Source: a virus (Duplodnaviria; Caudoviricetes). Taken from it: a stretch of DNA of 60,083 bases. The stretch covers positions 1-60,083 of the IMG/VR virus record IMGVR_UViG_3300004806_000027. One strand, given 5' to 3'. The position numbers were made by a program, and so were the translations under genes. The notes below the pieces were generated by a model that ran no database searches, was not told where the DNA came from, and saw nothing but the letters and a program-made list of their open reading frames with translations. How positions within the stretch are numbered: position 1 is the stretch's first letter; each line of letters begins with the position of its first letter. Below are positions 1 to 7,910 of the stretch, in pieces.

Positions 1-315
1 TGGCACAGCTACCACGTTAGTTGTTGGTGGTGTCACTTACTCAGCCGGTGGTGGCCTTAATAAAGCGCTTGTTTATCCAGGGGGCATGTCTGGTGGTGGC
101 GGTCCGGGCGGTATTTATTCTGGATCAACCACTTCTACTGACGGCGGTTATCCAGGTGGTGGTGGTGCTGGTCAACGCAACTCAGGTACAGTCTATCAAG
201 GCGGCTATGGTGCAGCCTCATTATTTTCAAGTTCATCTTTGGGGGGATCGGGCGCAGCTTCCGGCACGGCTGGTGGTGGTGGTGGTGGTGGGTACTTAGG
301 CAAAGGTGGCGATGG
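1..315 (+). repeat. Terminal overlap (circular assembly), copy 1; matches 59772-60083 except for a divergent central patch
   Basis: 1-~96 and ~207-315 are identical to the end of the window; the middle differs and is one codon longer (315 vs 312 nt). Confidence 0.95.
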
Positions 316-451
316 AGCCAACGCTACTGCCGCTGGTGCAGCGGGCGGTAATGCTTCTGGATATGGTGGTGGTGGCGGTGGTGCCGCTGCTGGTACAAGC
401 GCGCAATCAGGTGGTAACGCAACAGCGGGTTACGCGGCAATCTTTTGGTAA
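2..451 (+). CDS. C-terminal part of glycine-rich tail-associated protein (continues from 59383 across the circular junction)
   Basis: Frame is open from position 2 (GTATTLVVGG...); GGGGG-rich repeats end in GYAAIFW; same frame as the ORF running off the right end. Confidence 0.85.
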   Translation, partial: GTATTLVVGGVTYSAGGGLNKALVYPGGMSGGGGPGGIYSGSTTSTDGGYPGGGGAGQRNSGTVYQGGYGAASLFSSSSLGGSGAASGTAGGGGGGGYLGKGGDGANATAAGAAGGNASGYGGGGGGAAAGTSAQSGGNATAGYAAIFW

Positions 452-457
452 AAAATC

Positions 458-676
458 ATGTCACGGTATTGGAGTAATGGGGAAATGGACCATAAGACTG
501 AGCTGCACGGTGCGCTTGAGGCCGCGTTAGGATTCATTCTAATGACGTTGCCGACATGGCATGATTTTGTCGAAAGCACGTTGGGGGTTGCGCACGGAAT
601 TGGCGCCATTGGTGGCGCGATTATTGCGGTTCACGGGGTTTATCGTATTTGCGAAAAACGATGGATCAAAAAATGA
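458..676 (+). CDS. Putative holin / small membrane protein (alternative start 485)
   Basis: Two hydrophobic stretches and a basic C-terminus (EKRWIKK); stop overlaps the endolysin ATG. Confidence 0.6.
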   Translation: MSRYWSNGEMDHKTELHGALEAALGFILMTLPTWHDFVESTLGVAHGIGAIGGAIIAVHGVYRICEKRWIKK

Positions 677-1083
677 CCGCGCGCGGCATTCGATTAAACA
701 ATCCTGGCAATATCAAACTTTCCAAAACCATTTGGAAAGGGCAAGTGGTGCCGGGTTCCGACGATCAATTTTGCGAATTTGATACGCCGGAAGATGGTTT
801 GCGGGCGCTGATGATTACGTTGAAAAATTATCAAGTGCTGCACGGCATTAATACGATTTCTGGCGCAATTGATCGATGGGCGCCCCCATCGGAAAATGAC
901 ACTGAGGCATATAAAAGCGATGTGTGCAATTTGACCGGATGCGGACCGGATGAATATGTGAATTTGTCGTCTCAATTGGTTTTGATCCCGTTGACGCGCG
1001 CCATTGTCCATCACGAAAACGGGTCTGATCCATATACCGATAATCAGCTTGCTCAAGCGGCTGCGTCGGCTTTATCAGGGTAA
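673..1083 (+). CDS. Endolysin, lysozyme-like (NNPGNI family)
   Basis: RGIRLNNPGNIK, FDTPEDGLRAL, RWAPPSENDT and AIVHHENG motifs; lies between holin-like and spanin genes. Confidence 0.85.
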   Translation: MTARGIRLNNPGNIKLSKTIWKGQVVPGSDDQFCEFDTPEDGLRALMITLKNYQVLHGINTISGAIDRWAPPSENDTEAYKSDVCNLTGCGPDEYVNLSSQLVLIPLTRAIVHHENGSDPYTDNQLAQAAASALSG

Positions 1084-1087
1084 TGTT

Positions 1088-1315
1088 ATGAACACCAGTC
1101 AAAATACTTCCACGTCCGCTGTTGCCATGTCCACGGCTGGCGCTGGGCTTGTGTTGCAATGGGTCATTCATTGCCTGAGCGCCGGTCAATTGGTTGTGCC
1201 TGGCGATGAAGTGGCGCTGATTGTGGGGGCGTCTTTGGTGCCGTTGGTGGATGCCATCCGGCGCAAGTTAATCCGTGAAATTGATCCTCAATCCCTTCAA
1301 ACAAACGGGGTTTAA
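1088..1315 (+). CDS. Small two-TM membrane protein (holin/antiholin-like)
   Basis: Hydrophobic segments AGAGLVLQWVIHCL and VALIVGASLVPLV; inside the lysis cassette. Confidence 0.5.
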   Translation: MNTSQNTSTSAVAMSTAGAGLVLQWVIHCLSAGQLVVPGDEVALIVGASLVPLVDAIRRKLIREIDPQSLQTNGV

Positions 1316-1316
1316 T

Positions 1317-1628
1317 ATGTCTTGGTTTTCACAATGGTTTCACAAGGCTGTCGAGCCGTTTGTGACCGATGCTGTTTCTCAAATTGAACACGCCGAAGTG
1401 GCCACATTGATTCCGTTTGCGGAACAATTTGCCACTTCGGCCATTCAAGCGGTTGCCAGCAATCCGACTGATTTGCATGCTGCGGCTCAAGCCATTGGCG
1501 ATGCGGCGTCCAGCACGGCTAAAGCGGCGGTTGCGGCGGGTGTAAAGGCTGGGGCGGCGTCACTGGCGGTTGCTCTGTCAACGGCCATTGCTCAAGCCCA
1601 TGGCGCGCAACAAACGGCTGGTCAATGA
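1317..1628 (+). CDS. Ala-rich hypothetical protein of the lysis cassette
   Basis: ATG 2 nt after the previous stop; its stop overlaps the next start. Confidence 0.6.
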   Translation: MSWFSQWFHKAVEPFVTDAVSQIEHAEVATLIPFAEQFATSAIQAVASNPTDLHAAAQAIGDAASSTAKAAVAAGVKAGAASLAVALSTAIAQAHGAQQTAGQ

Positions 1629-1858
1629 TTGAAGCCCTTTTATCCCTTGTCTCGACCATCGTGTCGTCCATAGGGGCGAAGATTGTTGATATGGTTCGAG
1701 ACAAGGGATTAAGGGATCATGGCCGAATTGAACAACAAGCGGTTGATTTGCAATCCGCTGTTGCGGAGGATCGAAATGCTCAAATCATTCATGATGATGT
1801 GCGGCGCATGTCTGACGCTGATCTTGACAGCGAGTTGCGCGGAAAATCCGGCGCCTAA
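1625..1858 (+). CDS. Inner-membrane spanin (Rz-like)
   Basis: N-terminal hydrophobic anchor, then a coiled-coil-like periplasmic segment; overlapped by a lipoprotein ORF. Confidence 0.7.
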   Translation: MIEALLSLVSTIVSSIGAKIVDMVRDKGLRDHGRIEQQAVDLQSAVAEDRNAQIIHDDVRRMSDADLDSELRGKSGA

Positions 1859-1991
1859 TCCAACTGCGTGCGGGTGGCTTTCCGAAGTCCATCCTGATTC
1901 AGATTTTGAATCAAGATGGACGCGTTCGGAAAAGCAATGGGCGGTTATTCACAATCGTAATGTCGAAGCCAATTGCCGGACTAAAAATTGA
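1776..1991 (+). CDS. Outer-membrane spanin lipoprotein (Rz1-like)
   Basis: GGAGG RBS at 1765-1769; lipobox LTAS-C; Pro-rich linker; two further Cys; overlaps the i-spanin 3' end. Confidence 0.75.
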   Translation: MLKSFMMMCGACLTLILTASCAENPAPNPTACGWLSEVHPDSDFESRWTRSEKQWAVIHNRNVEANCRTKN

Positions 1992-2469
1992 CGTAATTTT
2001 CAACGTGGCTGGTTCTGGTGCCGTAAACCAAAGTGCCAGCCGTTGTGCTTTCCAGCGTTAGCGAAATGGATTTGCCGGTCAAAACGCAATTGGGCGCAAG
2101 ATAATTGGGCGATGACAGACCTTGACCGCCGATGCACTGAATTGTTGACGTTGACGTATAAACGTTAGGCGCCGTTTCGGTGTCAACCGGCTCTAGTCTG
2201 GCCAAATACCAATCTGCATTGCCGTTGCCGGTATCGCTCCATCCAAGGCCAGAAATCAGGATTGTGTGGCCATTGGTGGATTGTTGGATGGTCCAGCTTG
2301 TACCGCCTTCGCTGGGGTTCCAATACAGGCCGGAATTTGGCACCCATAAAGCCTGATTGCCGCCGTTACAGCGAAAATACCCGGCGAACATTTGACACGG
2401 CGTTCCTCCGGCCATGGCTGGGGGTGCAATAAACATTAGGGCCAATAAAGCTAATAGGGCGTTTTTCAT
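1981..2469 (-). CDS. Secreted beta-rich protein with four Cys (accessory/moron)
   Basis: Signal peptide MKNALLALLALMFIAPPAMA|; GGAG RBS upstream. Confidence 0.8.
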   Translation of the reverse strand: MKNALLALLALMFIAPPAMAGGTPCQMFAGYFRCNGGNQALWVPNSGLYWNPSEGGTSWTIQQSTNGHTILISGLGWSDTGNGNADWYLARLEPVDTETAPNVYTSTSTIQCIGGQGLSSPNYLAPNCVLTGKSISLTLESTTAGTLVYGTRTSHVENYVNF

Positions 2470-2524
2470 TGTCGTTACTCCAAGGGGTTAAAAGGCGTTT
2501 TTATTTACCTTGATGCCTTTTTAG

Positions 2525-3697
2525 CTATGCAACAAGTGATGACCGTACACTTTTAGACGATATGGCGGCGTCAATGGCGTTTTTAACCGCCGCAATGTCA
2601 ACAATCATGTCTTTTTCGGAACCGTGATCCGGGGTGATGATTCGCCCGTACCAATGGCCCAACCACTTGGCGACGTACCAGAACAAAGGGTGCTGGTAGG
2701 ATTCGGGGGCAATTTCAATCAAGGCGGTGCTGGGGCTGGCAAACAGCATATTCATTAATCCGGCGCCGTGTGGCGCCACAATGATTGATGCTGAATGAAA
2801 TAGCTTGGCCTGGTCGAGCACGCTTAAATTGCTCAACGTGACACGCTCAAAGCCCATGGGAGCCAGGGCGGTCATTATGTTTGATTCATTAGCAATACGG
2901 CGGCTGGTGGCGTCGTTTCTGGAAATCAGAATGCGCTTGTTGCCTGATGTAACTGGGGGATTTGAGAAATAAGGGATTTTGTCGCAAAGCCTTTGTTGAA
3001 ACAGCGCGCGGATTTGTTTGAACTGTTCCGCGCAAATCCCGTTATGGGCAAATTGGGAAATGACATATAATTCATCGTATTGAACGGCTTTTTGGGTTTG
3101 CGGAACGTATTTGATTGATAGCAAATCCGCAATCTCGCGCTGATATGGGGTTGTCGGGTTCCAGATTAGCTGCGGCAAATGATCGTCCCAATGTTCTGCT
3201 AAAAACAATTTTCCCACGGTTTCCATTAGGCAATGCGCATAATTCGTGTCCCATTGATGAGCCAATAATACGCTGGGGACGGATGACACCGACTCTGGCG
3301 CAATATCTTCCATGACATGCACGTCAAACGATCCGGCATTGGTGGGGATTCTCATGGTTTGACCGCAAAAACGGTTAAACCATTCGCCCGAATAATAGGT
3401 TTCTTCAATACAAACCCCTGGGCTGACGGCAACGTGCCAGCGGTCTTGACCAAAATTGACGCGCTGAACCATTGCGTTTTTTAATTTGACCACAAATGGG
3501 TCATCGGCCAAAAGGTAAGGGGTGCCGTCAATGGTTTTGTATCGCCATCCAAATTGATCGGGCTGACCATTGGCTTGAATGTTTTGACATTGGCCATGAA
3601 TGAAATTGGGCCACTCAATCGCGGATTGATATGGGAATCCGTCAAACAAAATTTGACCGGCTGCACGCGCTGGGATGTAGTTGAATGAGCGAATCAA
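2525..3697 (-). CDS. Glycosyltransferase family 61 (DUF563)
   Basis: NYAHCLMET, ISRNDATSRRIANE, LSVLDQAKLF and IIVAPHGAGLMNMLF motifs typical of GT61. Confidence 0.9.
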   Translation of the reverse strand: MIRSFNYIPARAAGQILFDGFPYQSAIEWPNFIHGQCQNIQANGQPDQFGWRYKTIDGTPYLLADDPFVVKLKNAMVQRVNFGQDRWHVAVSPGVCIEETYYSGEWFNRFCGQTMRIPTNAGSFDVHVMEDIAPESVSSVPSVLLAHQWDTNYAHCLMETVGKLFLAEHWDDHLPQLIWNPTTPYQREIADLLSIKYVPQTQKAVQYDELYVISQFAHNGICAEQFKQIRALFQQRLCDKIPYFSNPPVTSGNKRILISRNDATSRRIANESNIMTALAPMGFERVTLSNLSVLDQAKLFHSASIIVAPHGAGLMNMLFASPSTALIEIAPESYQHPLFWYVAKWLGHWYGRIITPDHGSEKDMIVDIAAVKNAIDAAISSKSVRSSLVA

Positions 3698-3708
3698 AGC
3701 GCGGGGCC

Positions 3709-3891
3709 TTATTGAGTGATGCGACTGACTTCAATGTCAGTGGCTTCAAGTTTTGGGTTATAGTGATTGGCGCGAGACAAAATTTCACCTGTCATCATTT
3801 GCACCCAATCTTCGGGCTGGTAGTAAGCACCCGGCACATCATCCAAATCAACGGATACCGTAATGGTGATTTTGGCGCGTCTGCGGATCAT
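3709..3891 (-). CDS. Small hypothetical protein (left cassette array)
   Basis: Bounded by AATAA(A)GGCCC junction motifs on both sides. Confidence 0.7.
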   Translation of the reverse strand: MIRRRAKITITVSVDLDDVPGAYYQPEDWVQMMTGEILSRANHYNPKLEATDIEVSRITQ

Positions 3892-3902
3892 GGTCTGGGC
3901 CT

Positions 3903-4154
3903 TTATTGTTTAGCTTTGAGGGTGGCGCGGATTGCGTCATTGTCGGCTTTTTGCTTGGTCAATGCGCTTTGCATTATCAAAGCGTTTGCCATTGCAGCCG
4001 CCGCCGTTGCCAGTGATGTAAACGCTTGGATCACGGAATGATCCGCATCGCCGCTTAGGTTAAGATTGGCTTTACCGCGCTCAATCAATGCGGCCTTGTT
4101 GTGCAGGTCTGCGGCAAGATCGGATGCTTGGTCAACTAAATCTGATAAGGTCAT
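3903..4154 (-). CDS. Small helical hypothetical protein (left array; start moved to 4154)
   Basis: ATG follows the junction motif AATAAAGGCCCCGACT. Confidence 0.7.
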   Translation of the reverse strand: MTLSDLVDQASDLAADLHNKAALIERGKANLNLSGDADHSVIQAFTSLATAAAAMANALIMQSALTKQKADNDAIRATLKAKQ

Positions 4155-4176
4155 AGTCGGGGCCTTTATTCTAGGG

Positions 4177-4695
4177 TTAAGCGTATTCGCCACGGCGTTC
4201 CCAAATGTCACGTTTTTGGGCTTCCAATTTATTAACCTGGGCAACAAGGCATTTCACCTGATTTTCCAAATCAAGAATGCGCTCATTTTTGATAAGATCG
4301 GCGTAAGCATCTGCGATTTTGCGCCGTAAATCTAAGCCGCCATATTCGGACAAGGTGCCGTTTATGACTTGGTGCCATTGATCGTCTGGACGCTTGGCAC
4401 CACATACATCGGCATCGCTTCGACCTGTCCAAGCGCCACGTTCGCAACCAAGATACCGGCGCATTTCGTTTTCATTGCCGCGCAATAAAGCGTCAATTGT
4501 TTTGTTTGCCATATCGGCCACATATTCGACCAAATTGTAAGCCAGATCATCTTTGACGCGGTATTCAAGATCATCTTCAATTTCTTGGATAATTTCTTTT
4601 GTCTTTTCTTTGACGGCTTTAAGCGCAGTCTCGCCTATTGCAGCATCAAGCGTTGCTTTTAGCTTTTCGCCAATGTCTTTGTGAATGTCGCGCAT
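4177..4695 (-). CDS. Coiled-coil hypothetical protein (left array)
   Basis: 172-aa ORF preceded by CAATAAAGGCCCGCTCC-ATG. Confidence 0.8.
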   Translation of the reverse strand: MRDIHKDIGEKLKATLDAAIGETALKAVKEKTKEIIQEIEDDLEYRVKDDLAYNLVEYVADMANKTIDALLRGNENEMRRYLGCERGAWTGRSDADVCGAKRPDDQWHQVINGTLSEYGGLDLRRKIADAYADLIKNERILDLENQVKCLVAQVNKLEAQKRDIWERRGEYA

Positions 4696-4706
4696 GGAGC
4701 GGGCCT

Positions 4707-4970
4707 TTATTGCTTGAGTTCGCTGACGGTGACAAAAGGTTTGCCAATCCGAATTGCGTCACGTATCAACCGGCCATACTGGTCTTTGGTTTCAATGCGT
4801 TCACGCGGCTTGGCTTCCCAACACTTAATCCTCAAATAAGTTCCATCGGTAAATTGGATTGTGTGCAGTCGCATATCCTTAACCAAAGATGCGGGCACAA
4901 TTTCCCGATGATGCACCTTTTGTTGGGCGCTTACGTATCCGCTCCATTCACCCTCAAGAACATAACGCAT
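4707..4970 (-). CDS. Hypothetical protein (left array)
   Basis: 87-aa ORF between junction motifs. Confidence 0.75.
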   Translation of the reverse strand: MRYVLEGEWSGYVSAQQKVHHREIVPASLVKDMRLHTIQFTDGTYLRIKCWEAKPRERIETKDQYGRLIRDAIRIGKPFVTVSELKQ

Positions 4971-4984
4971 TAGTCGGGCCTTTC

Positions 4985-5203
4985 TTATTCAGCCATTTGG
5001 GCTTGATATTTCATATCTGCTTTTTCCATGTCCGTATAAATGCGCGGGGCATCGTTAGACAGGGTATTAAAAAACTCGATTACCGCTTCGTCTGACCAAT
5101 GAGCGGGGATTTCACCGCCAAGGCTTTTGACGCAGCCGCGAATAAATTCGGCGTGTTCCTGGTCGTTTCCGTCAAAAATTGAAATATTCTTTTCGATGGT
5201 CAT
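4985..5203 (-). CDS. Hypothetical protein (first gene of left array)
   Basis: GGAGA RBS; directly downstream of the leftward promoter. Confidence 0.75.
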   Translation of the reverse strand: MTIEKNISIFDGNDQEHAEFIRGCVKSLGGEIPAHWSDEAVIEFFNTLSNDAPRIYTDMEKADMKYQAQMAE

Positions 5204-5229
5204 TGTCGTGTCTCCGTGTTGGTGTCCCC

Positions 5230-5327
5230 ATTATACACGGATCAAATTAGACTGCAATAGCCATTCGCTAATTCCAGTGTAAAAATCATACGCTATTTGT
5301 TGACTATCTGGCCGTTTCATGTAAAAT
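5230..5327. promoter_or_regulatory. Divergent sigma70-like promoters driving the left array and the recombinase/right array
   Basis: Minus strand TTGCAG(5257-5252)-16-TATAAT(5235-5230); plus strand TTGACT(5300-5305)-16-TAAAAT(5322-5327), 6 nt before ATG 5334 (possibly leaderless). Confidence 0.65.
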
Positions 5328-5333
5328 GTGGTC

Positions 5334-5954
5334 ATGGTTTTGAAACGACGCACAAAATTGCCAGACCTGCCCGCGACCCGATTAATCGGGTATGCCCGCG
5401 TGTTCACAGAAGATCAGAAACTTGACCTTCAAGTGGACGCGCTTAAGCGTGCCGGGGTGTTGCCCGACAATCTCCACATCGAAAAAAAATCGGCGGCGTC
5501 TAAGTCCAGACCGGCACTTGAACACGCCATGAAAGATTTGCGCGAGGGCGATACCCTTGTGGTCTGGCGTCTAGATCGGCTGGCCCGCAATATGCGTGAA
5601 CTATACGCACGGCTAGACCAGATTTCCGATGCGGGCGCGTCTTTTAAATCCCTGACAGAGCAATTCGATTTCAGCACAGCAACCGGCAAGCTAATCCTTG
5701 GCCTATTCGCCATTGTCGCGGAATTTGAACGCCAGCTAACCATTGAACGGACTAAAGCCGGTATTCAGGCGTTTAAAGAACGTGAGGGCGGCTGGCAAGG
5801 TGCGCCCAAGAAACTAACCGCTGAAAAGCTGAAACAGATTAAAGCCCTCCGCAAGGAAGGGCTGACGATCAAGCAAATCGCGGCCAAGCTGAAAGTCAGC
5901 GAAAGCATTATTTACACACGATTGCGCGATTGCAAAAAGCGCAAAGCAAATTAG
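5334..5954 (+). CDS. Small serine recombinase (resolvase/invertase) with C-terminal HTH; catalytic Ser replaced by Phe
   Basis: GYARV-F-TEDQ, GDTLVVWRLDRLARN and AEFERQLTIERTKAG motifs; TTC at 5403-5405 where the family has Ser. Confidence 0.92.
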   Translation: MVLKRRTKLPDLPATRLIGYARVFTEDQKLDLQVDALKRAGVLPDNLHIEKKSAASKSRPALEHAMKDLREGDTLVVWRLDRLARNMRELYARLDQISDAGASFKSLTEQFDFSTATGKLILGLFAIVAEFERQLTIERTKAGIQAFKEREGGWQGAPKKLTAEKLKQIKALRKEGLTIKQIAAKLKVSESIIYTRLRDCKKRKAN

Positions 5955-5963
5955 GAGCCGGTA

Positions 5964-6161
5964 ATGGACGAGCTTGATGAATATCTTATCAAAGAAATCC
6001 TCGAAGTTCCCCAATCTTGGGGGAAAGGCGGTCGAGTGCATAATTGGCGCAATCACGTTGGTTACAAAACAAGAGAAATATGGGACACTTTCACCGAGGC
6101 GCAGAAATTGGCGATTGGCGTAGATGCGGTTGACCGCGCTAATAATGAAAATTGGGAATAA
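5964..6161 (+). CDS. Small hypothetical protein (right array)
   Basis: RBS; ORF contains RVHNWRNHV; flanked by junction motifs. Confidence 0.75.
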   Translation: MDELDEYLIKEILEVPQSWGKGGRVHNWRNHVGYKTREIWDTFTEAQKLAIGVDAVDRANNENWE

Positions 6162-6171
6162 AGGAGCGACC

Positions 6172-6348
6172 ATGAACCCGTCTAAAAAGCGCATCAAAGA
6201 AATAATGGATGAGGTCGAAACGCTTGACCTGTCAGATGGAGCACATTGGGCACTTGTCCATGAAAAGCTAGATTTGAAATATGGAAAAGTATTTGACTTA
6301 ATTTCAGACGATCCAGAATATTTTGGGTTTAAACAAACTGCACAATAG
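6172..6348 (+). CDS. Small acidic hypothetical protein (right array)
   Basis: AAGGAGCGACC-ATG at 6172. Confidence 0.75.
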   Translation: MNPSKKRIKEIMDEVETLDLSDGAHWALVHEKLDLKYGKVFDLISDDPEYFGFKQTAQ

Positions 6349-6358
6349 GAGCATCGAA

Positions 6359-6526
6359 TTGACTGATTTCTGTCTTGGTCAATCTCAAGTCATTCAGAGC
6401 CGGATGACCGCTGATGACGCCCATAGGGGACATTTCCGACAGAATACGACTGTGCTGCGCGGGGGTACGGTAAGAGATAATCCAGCTACCGGATGGTGGA
6501 CTGCGATAGCCCGCGCCAATTATTAA
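6359..6526 (+). CDS. Doubtful 55-aa ORF (right array; TTG start)
   Basis: Fills the unit between two junction motifs, but its composition is atypical. Confidence 0.35.
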   Translation: MTDFCLGQSQVIQSRMTADDAHRGHFRQNTTVLRGGTVRDNPATGWWTAIARANY

Positions 6527-6533
6527 GGAGCCG

Positions 6534-6746
6534 ATGATGTGGATTAAACTTTTAACTTATCTATGCCCCCAAGGGTTTGTCATTGTTCCCAAAGAACCAA
6601 CTGACAAACAAATATCGGCTGGGTTACAAGCTGCGTTAGAACTCATGGATCAAAACAAAATAGACGCATTGTCGCCGTTCGAAGATTACCCGCCGCCTAA
6701 ACAAACAACTGCCATTTGCTATACGGCAATGATCAAAGCGGCATAA
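6534..6746 (+). CDS. Small phage protein with VPKEPT...YxAMIKAA motif (right array)
   Basis: Motif common in small phage early proteins; flanked by junctions. Confidence 0.75.
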   Translation: MMWIKLLTYLCPQGFVIVPKEPTDKQISAGLQAALELMDQNKIDALSPFEDYPPPKQTTAICYTAMIKAA

Positions 6747-6761
6747 AAGGAGCGAGTCGCC

Positions 6762-6944
6762 GTGAAAAATTTTCGATATTCTTTGACGCGACATATAATC
6801 CATTTTGGTTTGTGGGTTATGCCTCGCGGACGCGCTAGAGATGAAGTCATTTCATTGCTTTGGCGATGGCATTATCATGTGGTCAATGAAGTTATTAAAG
6901 CCGATATGGAAAAAATATCCGGCGTGACCAGTTACATGAAATAA
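6762..6944 (+). CDS. Small hypothetical protein (right array)
   Basis: GTG start after AAGGAGC; stop sits in the next junction. Confidence 0.65.
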   Translation: MKNFRYSLTRHIIHFGLWVMPRGRARDEVISLLWRWHYHVVNEVIKADMEKISGVTSYMK

Positions 6945-6953
6945 GGAGCTGCT

Positions 6954-7025
6954 ATGACCCATCCGTACTGCACCACGAAAGACATGGGACAAGCGTGTGC
7001 AGGCGATTTGTCCATTTATTATTAA
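6954..7025 (+). CDS. 23-aa mini-ORF MTHPYCTTKDMGQACAGDLSIYY (not in ORF track)
   Basis: TAAGGAGCTGCT-ATG; its TAA forms the next TAAGGAGC junction. Confidence 0.55.
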   Translation: MTHPYCTTKDMGQACAGDLSIYY

Positions 7026-7035
7026 GGAGCGACCG

Positions 7036-7251
7036 ATGATTGCGATTTGGATAGAAAATAATGGTATCGCTCATTCTGGTTCTGTGACTGGTGAAGATTA
7101 TACGCTTTGTGGGTTTTCGCTTGATGGCGAAGAAGGTAATGATTTCTTTGTCAAATCTGAGCGCGGCAAAGTCACTTGTAAATCTTGTATCCAAATAATT
7201 GATTTTTGTAAAACCATTCCAGCGCGCAAATTAGCGCGAGAAGCAAAATAG
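7036..7251 (+). CDS. Small His/Cys (Zn-finger-like) protein (right array)
   Basis: H..TLCG...VTCKSC pattern; start after the junction at 7026. Confidence 0.75.
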   Translation: MIAIWIENNGIAHSGSVTGEDYTLCGFSLDGEEGNDFFVKSERGKVTCKSCIQIIDFCKTIPARKLAREAK

Positions 7252-7259
7252 GAGCCGGG

Positions 7260-7298
7260 ATGACCCATATAATGTTCAATAAACCCAATAATGAATAA
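7260..7298 (+). CDS. 12-aa mini-ORF MTHIMFNKPNNE (terminal unit of right array)
   Basis: TAGGAGCCGGG-ATG; same ATGACCCAT start as the 6954 mini-ORF. Confidence 0.3.
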   Translation: MTHIMFNKPNNE

Positions 7299-7375
7299 TA
7301 TATGGGGCAAAACCAGAACACCCCTGACAAATGATGTGTCCGATTCTGTGTCAGCCTAAACCGATATTGTTCGCG

Positions 7376-7744
7376 CTAGGCCGGAGTCACAATTGGCTTG
7401 CCATTAGGCTTTGCGGCTTCAATTGCTTGATAGATAGCCCTTAAAGCTAAATCGGTGGGCGCCGAAAACCACTCGCCTCGAACGTGATAGCCCTGGGATT
7501 TTAAAGTTACCATGGCTTCATATTCTATCCCGATCACTTCTTCGGCGGGCACTTCAAAATACCGGATTAAACGTAATTTGGCGGGTGTGGCATTTTGCAA
7601 AGCCAAAAATCTGGCTTGAACATTTTTCGTTCTGCCAATTTTTAAATGTTGCCCGCTGCGGACCAAATAAACAAAACTGGTTTTGGTTGAATTTTCCAGT
7701 TTTGATGTTTGTGGCGCCAAATTGACTGAAACATCTCCTGCCAT
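7376..7744 (-). CDS. GIY-YIG-like nuclease (T5orf172/MUG113 type)
   Basis: FVYLVR..LKIGRT..RFLALQ..GEWF motifs. Confidence 0.85.
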   Translation of the reverse strand: MAGDVSVNLAPQTSKLENSTKTSFVYLVRSGQHLKIGRTKNVQARFLALQNATPAKLRLIRYFEVPAEEVIGIEYEAMVTLKSQGYHVRGEWFSAPTDLALRAIYQAIEAAKPNGKPIVTPA

Positions 7745-7860
7745 TTTATCACTTTTCCATCAAACTGCCGTTACACTTAGCCCGTAAGTCATTGATATAT
7801 CATACATGAACAGACGCAGAACAAGTGTAAAAAATGGCGGATTTGCTAGGGGTGCATGAT

Positions 7861-7906
7861 ACTTTTAATCAAAGGGTCATGGGTTCGAATCCCATCGCGC
7901 TCACCA
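7861..7906 (+). other. attP core = 3' half of tRNA-Lys(TTT) (anticodon loop to CCA)
   Basis: ACTTTTAATCAAAGGGTCATGGGTTCGAATCCCATCGCGCTCACCA: CTTTTAA anticodon loop, T-arm GGTTCGAATCC and CCA end; no 5' half upstream. Confidence 0.9.
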
Positions 7907-7910
7907 AGAT

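Larger units (their letters stand above)
3704..4990 (-). repeat. Five copies of junction motif (C/G)AATAA(0-3 nt)GGCCC between left-array ORFs
   Basis: On the + strand, GGGCCTT..ATT at 3704-3714, 3897-3908, 4160-4171, 4701-4712 and 4976-4990. Confidence 0.85.
5954..7255 (+). repeat. Eight copies of junction motif stop-(0-2 A)-GGAGC between right-array ORFs
   Basis: GGAGC at 5954, 6163, 6348, 6527, 6749, 6945, 7026 and 7251, each overlapping or abutting a stop codon and shortly before a start codon. Confidence 0.85.

Noticed and set aside
1-315. Physical direct terminal repeat of the virion DNA
   Set aside because: It lies mid-gene, far from terS, and the copies differ internally; circular assembly overlap fits better, and a P22-like terminase suggests headful packaging.
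6395-6460. Hammerhead ribozyme (CTGATGA at 6411)
   Set aside because: No GAAA after a stem II and no convincing stems I/III.
3704-7255. Classical integron attC sites
   Set aside because: Junctions are only about 10-25 nt with no RYYYAAC/GTTRRRY palindromes, and the adjacent enzyme is a serine, not IntI-type, recombinase.
5204-7376. Invertible segment bounded by hix/gix-like inverted repeats
   Set aside because: No matching ~26-bp inverted pair was found by eye near the recombinase or tail genes; a computational search is still needed.
7830-7906. Complete phage tRNA gene
   Set aside because: No acceptor 5' strand or D-arm upstream of the anticodon loop; it is an att core.
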